Positions 54,042-64,000 of a DNA stretch of 64,000 nt are shown piece by piece. The stretch comes from the human T2T-CHM13v2.0 reference genome, Homo sapiens: NCBI RefSeq assembly GCF_009914755.1, contig NC_060927.1; one strand, 5' to 3'. How positions within the stretch are numbered: the first letter of the stretch is position 1; every line of letters begins with the position of its first letter. A program made the position numbers and the translations under genes. The notes beneath the pieces were generated by a model. The model worked only from the letters and a program-made list of their open reading frames with translations, ran no database searches and was not told where the DNA came from.

Positions 54042-55405
54042 ACCCCTCTTCCCACATGTTTGGTCTACTTTGGTCTGCCTCCTGCCCAAAAGTCAAAATT
54101 ACAATCTAGCAAGATAACCATGCTGAGACAATGCAGAAAGCATTTTGAACCCCTGTGCTTTTCAAGGCACCAGAACAGGGATAGGAAAGGGGGAAAAAAG
54201 ACAAAGAGGAGAGAGAAGGATGGGGAAAAGTTAAGAGAAGAAGGAAGAGAGGAAGGAAAAGAAGAAACAGGACATGGAGTGGAAGAGAAGAGAGAGTGGG
54301 TAAGAAAGGGGGAAAGAAAAAAGAGGCAGCCAGCAAGAAGCAAAGTATAATTTTCATCAACATTCATTCATTCATTTGACAAACATTTATTGAATGTTTA
54401 GGAGGGACCAAGAACATTCAAAGCCCACCTCCATGCTATTCCTCCCTTAAAATCCTCTGAGTCTTCATTGACATGGATCCTTTTGAAATAGCTCGTTCCA
54501 GTGAGGACATAGATCTTGAGGTTTACCTTTTCATCCTTAGGGTTGAGACTTCACTTGATAATATTTGGACTGGATTTTACCAAGGCAAAGAAAATGTTAC
54601 AGGAAGGCAGAGAAACCCTATGAATTGGGATTTGCCCAAGACCTGCCCTTCATGGTTGAGGCAGGCATCTGGCATCCAGGCAGCAGTTTGTTTCCCTTGG
54701 ATGCCCACAGGCCCTGCGCTGTGTTCTCACTTCACCAGTGTTCTCATTTCTCTTCTATCCTTTCTGGTCTAAATGAACATTGTAAGAAGTGCTTCCCTAG
54801 AAAAAGATCTGGCTACCCAGAGGGATGTTGTGAAGAAGGAACAAATGGTAAGGAGAAACAAAAGTGGAAAGAGAGTAAAAGGGGCTGTTATAATTGTGCA
54901 TCAATTTACAGGACCAGCCCAACCCTTGAGGACTGTCCAATTTCACACTCTCAATTTATAGCTGGGCACACTGTGGACCAGAAAGAACCACAGGTTAAAG
55001 AATGATGGAATTCTGGAGCTAGACAGGATTATGTTGTCTGCCAAGCAGCAGGCATTGATGGAACAGGTCTTTTGGATTCCAGCCAGGGTTTACATCTCAC
55101 AGGGAGTTCCATCCCCTGAGGATTTGAATCTGAGAACTGTGTCAATTCCACTGGGGAGCTACATAGTGAGCTGGTCTTTAATGCCAAGAAAGCAAGCTAG
55201 AATCAAGAGGTCAAAGTCATCTATACAGAATGGGAAGTCCCCAGGCCACTACAACCTCTATGCCTGATCATTGTGCTGAACAGGAAAATATATCCTGTGT
55301 GAGTTCCATGTGAAAATAAGTCAAGTTAAATCAGAGATGAGACCCTACAAAGCTCTTCTCTCTTCCCTAGTTTAAGAAACACCAGTATAAAAAATGAGGC
55401 TAGTT

Positions 55406-55610
55406 ACAGGTTTCTCAACCTCAGTACCACTGGTATTTTGGGCCAGAAAATTCTTTGTTGTTGGGGCTGCCTTATGTGTCATAGGATATTTAGCAGCCTC
55501 CTGGCCTCTACCTACTGGATGGCAGTGGCACCTCCCCTCCAGTTGGGATGACCAAAAATGTCTCCAGACCTTGCCAAAGGTTCCCCTGATAGGTAAAACC
55601 ACCCCCAATT
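55406..55610. mobile_element. MER20 hAT-Charlie MITE
   Basis: 'ggtttctcaacctcagtacc...ttttgggccagaaaattctttgttg...aaaaatgtctccagac'. Confidence 0.85.
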
Positions 55611-55735
55611 AAGGCCTCAGAGAATCACTGAATATTAATGAAATCATCTGAGTCCACAGGCCTGTTCACAGATGGAAAGACCAGGTCAGGCGTGCCTGGG
55701 CTTAACCAACTACAACTGGCAGAGTCAGGCTATGA

Positions 55736-56093
<358 letters not shown>

Positions 56094-56859
56094 TAAATAA
56101 TTCTTCCTTCAGGATTTGATGTGTGATTCCTCTGTACTCTCGGCTCCTTAGTGTTTCTTTGTGTGATGTGGCTGCCCTGTCCCTTGCATCAAGGGGTTAA
56201 ATCTGGCAACGCCCCCTACAGTATTAGATCAGGTACTGGTCAGAATTCTTTCAATATGTTGCTGCTCTTGGATTGGAAGAAAGGGCCAAGACTGCCTCCT
56301 CTGACTTACCATGTTTTAGGAGGTTGGAAGGCCTGAATATTTCTTTTCCCTTTTCTTAATGGGTGACCTTCCCTAGCCCCCATGCGGCTGCTGTGAAGAT
56401 AGAGATAACATGAAGTATGGTGCTTGGAATTATTTAAACTCTATGATTCACAAGCATTTAGATTATTTAACTGCTGATTATGATTATTTAGGCTGAAAGA
56501 CTATACTTCTCTAGCTCAGAAAATGTTTGTATTTCCATTAAAAACCACCAGGCTGAAGTCCCTTTTGACTGACATTTTTCTCTATTAAAACTATACATAC
56601 AGTGCATGTTTTTGGCCGGAAGACAGTGTGTCCCTTATTTTGTTTTAAGATAAGGAAGCCAACTTCAAAGGCCTTCTCCAACTAGTTCTCCTCAGGCCCC
56701 CTTCCTCCCACCATCTCCCCATCCTGCTGTCCTCCTGCCCCAAAAAAGGGAAGAAGCACCTATCTGCCCACTGCTTTCTACTATTTAATTAAAACTGGTG
56801 CCACCATTCCCACACTTGAAATTCTTACACTGATATCTCAAGTTCTTCATTGGAAGACT

Positions 56860-57050
56860 GCACTCAATGGCTAAGACTGTGAACTATAGTGTCAAACAGA
56901 CTTGTATTTGAGTTCCACATATATGAGCCTCAGTGTCTCCATCCACAGAATGGGGGCAATAATACTCCCCGCCTCACAGGAGGTGACAGCACTATCTGGG
57001 TGAAGTACTTAGTCCATGGAATCAGTACTTAATAAGTGTTCACTGGTAAT
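56860..57050. mobile_element. MIR
   Basis: 'tgagcctcagtgtctccatccacagaatgggggcaataatac'. Confidence 0.72.
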
Positions 57051-57356
57051 ATTAATCCCATCCCCCAAAGTCTGCATGCACTGGATAGCATATATGCCTG
57101 GGCTAATTTAATTCTCTGAAGACATTTTAATCCAAGATAGTACATTCCTCAAGGCAGGGATAGTGAAGGACTCTTGATTCTACCTGACATGCAATTTAAC
57201 TCACTTTAATTATTTCTCTATAATGAGCTATGAAACACATCCCTGCTTGGCTCATATATTTAATAACCTAAGAGTTTTATGAAAAATAAACGCCTAAAAA
57301 TTCAGGGAAAATTCTATTGTGGATGTATTAGAGCAGTGTCCTAAACCATGCAGTAA

Positions 57357-57422
57357 CTTTCTTTTTTCTTTCTTTTTCTTTTCTTTTTTTTTCTTTTTCT
57401 TAATTTTTTTTTTTTTTTTTTT
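57357..57422. repeat. T-rich tract
   Basis: Directly visible. Confidence 0.95.
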
Positions 57423-58039
57423 GGCAGAGTTTCTGCATTCAAATTAAGTCCCTCAAGGGAAGGAACGAAAAAGAGCCCAGCATTTCCTAAGTTTCATCTA
57501 CGTGACAGGGCATTTATTTAATGGAATTACATACAGGAGGGTCTTGGAGATTGCCTTTGCCTTTCACTTGGGATGAAAATTTCCTCTGCAGCATGCAAAA
57601 CAGGTGAGAGTGTTCCTGCTGCTACAGAGTTCTTTTGCACTAAAAGAAAAATCTTCCTCCTCTCAAATTTTGCCTACCAACTCTAGCACAGTCATCTGAG
57701 GCAGCATGAATCAAGCCCAGTTTTCTTCTTACAGTCACTTCCTTAACAGTTAAAAGAAGCATCTGTCTTCTTGGACTTCTCTGGACCTAATACCCCTTAT
57801 AGGTCAGCTATCCCCAGCACAAAGAGATTTTCAGGAATACCTCAACTTGTTCACTCACTACATGCCTCCTCACAGTCTACCAACCATGGTACCCAGAAAT
57901 GAACTCAGATATGCACTAAACATACATGCATACACATACATGTCTGTTAGGAATAGACTAGAGGTGTAATTGCAAAGTTGTTTTTTACTGCTAAGTGACA
58001 TAACATACCAGTTGACCTATTTTTCTTCACACTTTATTC

Positions 58040-58635
58040 ATGTTGTCAGAGACTGCCAATTGCCCCCAATATCCATTCTTTCCTTTCCTTCCTTAGAACT
58101 GGATTCCCAGAATGCAGCTAAAGGCTATATTTCCCTGCTTGGTCTTGAAGCTAAGTATGACCATGTGGCTTAAAACCCTGGCCAGTGGGCCCCTTCCCCC
58201 ACACTTGTTCTCACATCTAGTAAAATATAAGCTCCACCAACAGGAGGATTTTTGTTCATAGAGTCCTTTCTGTTCACTAAGAACAGGGCTTAGATAACTG
58301 CCTAGGGCTTAGAACAGTGCTTGCACATAGCAGATGCTCAGCAAATATTGAATAAACTGTGAAATGACTCAGATGTCAATGGATGGGATGTGTAACTTAA
58401 AGGACAGGGAGGTTTCTTTCTCGTGCCTCCTTTCTGCTGGTTGGAATAGGGATTGGATAGCTGGAACTGAAGCAAAAGTCTCACACTAAGAGGTGCAAGC
58501 AAATGCTAAAAATGGCAAAATGTCAAGACAGAAGGAACGTGAGTCCCTAGTGATTACAAAGCTACTTGTATGAGCTTCTGGAATGTGGGGTTTTCTGATT
58601 CTTGCATTTGAAGCTAACTAGAACATTCCTCTATT
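58040..58635. mobile_element. Old MLT1 LTR interrupted by an L2 3' end (~58190-58360)
   Basis: MLT1-like 'gaagctaagtatgaccatgtggct' and 'cctttctgctggttggaat...gctggaactgaagca' flank L2-like 'ttagaacagtgcttgcacatagcagatgctcagcaaatattgaataaa'. Confidence 0.55.
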
Positions 58636-60319
58636 CTAAAGTTATTTTCTTTATAGTTAAGTTTTACTTACCCACTATAAGTTTTATGTTCAGCATAGTT
58701 TTTTTGTTGTTTTGTTTTGTTTTTGCTATAGACTATAAGCCATCAACTTCAGAGTTAAAAGAAGGAAACAGAAATCTGGAGTAGTAAGCAACTGTGCATT
58801 TATGTCACTGCCTGCAGCTAAAACCAAAATTGGTTTTGAATGAGTCATTTTTTGTGACATTTATTCCTTCCCTCTCTGCTACCTGTCCTGACTCACTACA
58901 GGTAACTCAGAAAGCTGCAATAGGCTTTATCAGTGTTCTAGCTGATTTAAATACCTGTTGGAACTGAGCAGGTAGTAAACAGAAACAGATGACAAACAGG
59001 ACATTCTAGGACACATTACCATAGTATTTAATATTTTTAAAATTGGACATGTTAAAGTTTTTCTCAATAAACTACTGGTTAAAGAAAGAATAGTATTATA
59101 GCAAAAAAAAAAAAGAAAAAAAAGAAATTCTTGAATGGAGAAGGCCAAGTTGTAAATTAAAGACAGGATTAGTGTATGCTAACTGTAATGAATGTACCTA
59201 ACATACTAATATATGTATAGCCTTTTGTGGGTTAAAAATCACTTTCTCATGAATTTATAATCTCAGTCAATCCCCATAAGATCTCTGTGGGCTAGCACAA
59301 CCCTCTTGTTTATTGAGTTTATCAATTTTAAGTAACAATTGGCTTCAAAACTCTTCTCCCAAACTCCATTTATCCTGTCCAAATTGCTAGGCACTTAGGA
59401 TTCCTTCCTAAAGAAATGTGATTTGTCTTTTCTCATGTTGGCATGAAGTAAAAAATAAATTGATTTTATCATTTCTGCACCCTTGCTCTCCTTTGAAGGG
59501 TACTTACCTAATGAGTGGCTCTCTCAGAAAGGATCTTAGATCAAAGAGGCCAACAGGATAATGCCCTCGAATAAGCTGCTGTCTTACCTCACTGTAAATG
59601 TCCTAAAATAATCCAGTGTATACAAAGACTTGTGAGGCTATCTGGAGAAGACGTCTAAAACCCAACAATACCCAGTAAATTAAGATGAATTGCACCATAT
59701 CGTCAGATGAGTTAAAAACAAAGGGGCCTGCTGAAAATGTTTGTATAAGCATAGGAAATCACCACAGAAAGTCTAAAATAAACATTTCAAAATATGTGAC
59801 TATTAAGCAGGTATCAAAACCCTTATTCAACTTAGCATTTTATACTAAATGAAAAATATCAATTAGGATGCCTGTCTACCTATTAAACTACTATAATAGT
59901 TTAAATCGTCAAAGCAAATGCACACAGATTTTTAAGTACTGTATCTCATGGCCCTCAATTTCTTTTAGCCACAGATTTCAACTCCACCTGCCATAAATTA
60001 AATAACTGGGCTTTTGTTACTGGAATGTAAGCTTATTAGCTGGCATTAATAAAATCAAACATAAAATGATGTTCTTAATATGCTTTTAATAAAATTCCTT
60101 TAAAATAGGAGTAAATGTAACAAAATTGAACAATTATGAAATGTTTTAGCAAGAAGTTTTGGATATATTTTAAGTACAAGAATAATCTTATACACAAGGA
60201 AAGGTGAATATTATGTACTATGAAAATATATGGTTGGTAACTGTTAGTTTCTTCCAGCAGAGGAATAATAACTGGCAGTTAGAATATCAACCAATAAAGA
60301 CCAGACTGAAGAAGGGTAT

Positions 60320-60741
60320 TGCTGTGGTTTGAATATTTGTCCCCTCCAAAACTCCTATTGAAATTTGATCCCAGGTGGGGCCTAATGGGAAAACGGTGTT
60401 TGGGTTGTGGGGTGAATCCCTTGAATAGATTAATGCCCTCTCCCTTGGGGGTGAGTGAGTTCTCACTCTGCTAGTTTCCCTGAAAGAGCTGATTGTTAAA
60501 AAGAGCATGGCTCTTTCCCTCATCTCCACCTTGCTTCCTCTCTCCCCATGTGATCTCTGCACATACAGCTTTCCTTTCCCTTCTGCCGTAAGTGGAAGCA
60601 GCCTGAGGCCCTCACCAGAAGCAGATGCTGGCACCAAGCTCCTTGTACAGCCTGCAGAACCATGAGCCAAATGAACCATTTTTCTTTATAAATTACCTAG
60701 CTTCAGTATTCCTTTATAGCAACACTAAATGGACTAAGCCA
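60320..60741 (+). mobile_element. MSTB-type MaLR solo LTR
   Basis: 'tgctgtggtttgaatatttgtcccctccaaaactc...cagcctgcagaaccatgagcc...ggactaag'; TSD ggtat / ggaat. Confidence 0.88.
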
Positions 60742-60775
60742 GGAATGTTGAGGGAAATAATCATACACATGTATA

Positions 60776-61108
60776 CAATTGGACTTCTGTATACATAGGT
60801 TCCACATTTGTGGATTCAATCAACCACGGATCAGAAATATTTTTGGAAAAAATGCATTTGCACTGAACATGTACAGACTTTTTTTCTTGCTATTATTTCC
60901 TAAACAATACAAATGTAACAACTATTTTCATAGCATCTACATTGTATTAGGTATAAGAAGGCAGGAGATGATTTAAAGCATACAGGAGGATGTGCGTGGG
61001 TTATATGCAAATACTATGCCATTTTATATCAGGGACTTCAGCATCTGTGGATTTTGGTATCTAAAGGAGGCCCTAGAACCAATCACCCACAGATACCAAG
61101 GGATGACT
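60776..61108. mobile_element. MER2 TcMar-Tigger MITE
   Basis: 'gtggattcaatcaaccacggatc...ctgaacatgtacagactt...gataccaagggatgac'; TA flanks. Confidence 0.85.
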
Positions 61109-61847
61109 ATAGAATCAAGGCTCTCCTTTTGAATCAAGTTGGCCTCAGTTCCTAAAAGTGTTCCCACATTACAGGAAAATACACCACACTTTCCATGTCC
61201 CTCCATGCCCCAAATAAACAAGAGGGTCCTTACCTTTGGAAATGACTTTCTAAGTGGGATTCCAAACCTCTTTGGTTACATAAGAAACTACTTTATCTAT
61301 TTATCTATTCATTTATTTGCTTATTTGTTTATTCATTTCCTTCACTCATTTTACTAAAATGCAAGCTCAACAAGGTCAAGTTTGTTCATCTAAAAGAGTA
61401 CCTAGCACATAGTAGATCATCAGTGAATATTTATACATTTTTTAACTAATTCATCCTTTCATTTTTCAAATACTTTTTGAGTGCCTACCATGTGACAGAT
61501 TCACAATATCCAATATTAAAAGAAAATTCCACTGTAAATAAAATCACATCGTGAGAAATCTTTACATTGGAAGAATCAGGCAATATTTACTCACTCTAAA
61601 TCCAGTTGGCATTTAAAATAAGAGAAGCCAAAGAAGAATGGTAGGAGAAAATGTAGGTCAGTGTGGCACATGTCCCAAAATGATATAACACAAAACAGAA
61701 CTTTGGGTAAAAATTAAACAGCCTAAGAGTGGATGTAAGTATAAAAGGATAGTACCAGAGGTCATTGTGATGATTAAACAGTTCTGCATCTTGACTGTGG
61801 TGGTGGTGACACAAATCAGCACATGTAATAAAAGTGGATATAATTAA

Positions 61848-61852
<5 letters not shown>

Positions 61853-61886
<34 letters not shown>
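61853..61886. repeat. (CA)n microsatellite
   Basis: Directly visible. Confidence 0.96.
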
Positions 61887-61887
<1 letters not shown>

Positions 61888-61923
61888 GTGCATGTAAAAC
61901 TGGATAAATTGGAATAATGTTAA

Positions 61924-62358
<435 letters not shown>

Positions 62359-63214
62359 TTAGTTATGAAAGATGTTACCAATTAGGGAAATGGTTGAAGG
62401 ATATGAGAACCCTCTTTATAATATTTCTTGCAGCAGCCTGACAATCCACAGGTATTTACAAATATGTTAATAAAATAAAATTAAACAGCAGAATGCTTAT
62501 CAGAACACTGGAACTGACACAGATGCCCAATAATGATGTAAACCTATATGACAGTATATTGAGTAATTAAAAATAATGCAATCCTATGTTTGCAACATAG
62601 AAGGTTGTTCACGTTCACAGAAGAAGAGGCACTTGCAAAATAGGCAAGTACAGTCCAATTTTCTTTACAAAATAAGGAGCATTTGCAAAGATATACACCA
62701 AAATGCCATCAGTGTCTCTCTCTCCATGTTAGGATCATGAATAATTTTTTTCATATTGTTTCTTTATACTGCCTCTTTTTTTTCCCTTAAAATGAACAAT
62801 ATCACCTAACAAACATCTAAACAAATATCTATCTTTGGATGGGGTTCAGGTAAATTCTGTATAGCTCTGGAACAAAAACCAAGACAAATGGAAAGACATT
62901 TCAGTTCAATATAATGACAAATGAGCTACCTGTAAGAGCCATGGAACATGAACCACCACCTTATGAGCCCATGGCCTGCCATGGGAATGGTATTCACCAG
63001 GGCCTGGTGAATTCCTTATGAGTAATCCTGTGAATGGGAGACAGGCTTCTGCAGGCTGAGAGGTTGGACCCAGTTGCTTTCCAATTCTAAAACTCTGTGC
63101 CATTTGGTTTGCAAGGAATTTAACAGATACCACCTCTCCTTTCAAAAGCCCCCTTTAGGTTTCAAAGCACTTTCACATGTGCTGGTTTATATTAATTTTA
63201 GTTTGCTGCTTAAA

Positions 63215-63400
63215 AAAAAAAATCTTATCCCTACAAGAGTTCTGTAGAGTAAGCAGGGCAGGTATTATCACCTCCATTTTACTGAAGAGAAAACTGAGGC
63301 AACCAGAGAGTGATGTTTAATGTTATGGGGTGAGACAGAAATTAGTTATGAAATCACAGTTTCTTTCTCTTGACTCACGGCCTCACCCCTCTTCCCTCTA
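63215..63400. mobile_element. MIR
   Basis: 'ggtattatcacctccattttactgaagagaaaactgaggc'. Confidence 0.75.
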
Positions 63401-64000
63401 ACATCACACAGCCTCTCCCTTCCCACCAGGGTTTGGAAACTGGGTAGACCTGACCTAAAGATGCCTGTCTAAAGATAATGGGTGCTGGTTGAATGAAAAA
63501 CCAACAATGCTTGGCACAGATGATATCAACTCACCAACAATGATAATACCCATCTGACTGTTCCCACGAACTTATGTGGACTCAATCAAAGTCAAGTAAC
63601 CAGTGTGTCAATTCAGCTTAAACACTGTGACTGAACAAACCAGTGGCAAACTTGAACAGCCCAAGAGGCTGGTGCCTCTAGTTGAGGATCTCAGTCAATA
63701 TACTTGCCCTGTACCTAAGTCCTCCCATAGTCCCAGGGCAGAAGCCCACAGGTTGGGCTTCTAGGCCAGTTAAATAGTGAATAGGGCCCATATCAGGCTT
63801 AATGAAGCAGGGCTTTGTTACTTTCACCAAAGGAATTAACACAGGAATTTTGTATTTATTTTGCAGTGGCAGCAGATTAAGCACTTCAGCAATAATGTGG
63901 CAATTCACCAAAAGAGGTCTTAGTTAGGTGCTATCTGAAACCATGAAGTTAAGTGGGAAAACATACACATGGAAAAAGTTTATATGTTTTAGAAAAATAA

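Noticed and set aside
52361-55005. ORFs of 146-161 aa (52361, 53194, 54565)
   Set aside because: Mostly non-ATG starts, no recognisable protein similarity, and lengths attainable by chance in 64 kb.
59588-59641. 54-bp minus-strand exon-like segment (tcttctccag| ... gag|gtaaga)
   Set aside because: Stops in all three frames; at best a non-coding exon, unsupported without transcript data.

Overview
Human genomic DNA: an AluYa5 carrying all five diagnostic bases and an L1PA3 are present. The window is repeat-rich intronic/intergenic sequence, and I recognised no named gene, RNA gene or CRISPR array. The main structure is a nested L1 complex at about 6.4-19.4 kb. An ancient L1M hosts four AluJ-type elements and a full-length ~6.15 kb L1PA3 with a 13-bp TSD, the ZNF93-binding segment retained, and ORF0, ORF1 and ORF2 all disabled. 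A second, internally deleted old L1 and a THE1 solo LTR follow. The rest holds more Alus, MaLR LTRs, hAT/TcMar MITEs, MIR/L2/L1M fragments and microsatellites. The best non-repeat signals are: (i) a CpG-rich candidate minus-strand terminal exon at 6323-6132, with a strong acceptor and a 63-codon open frame, overlapped by plus-strand splice sites and lying downstream of the L1 antisense promoter; (ii) a recurring set of short-loop inverted repeats that look like template-switch mutations; (iii) a TE-poor candidate enhancer at about 37.8-39.6 kb. I cannot support a novel biological system here. Subfamily calls are by eye from remembered consensus sequences and need RepeatMasker/Dfam confirmation.
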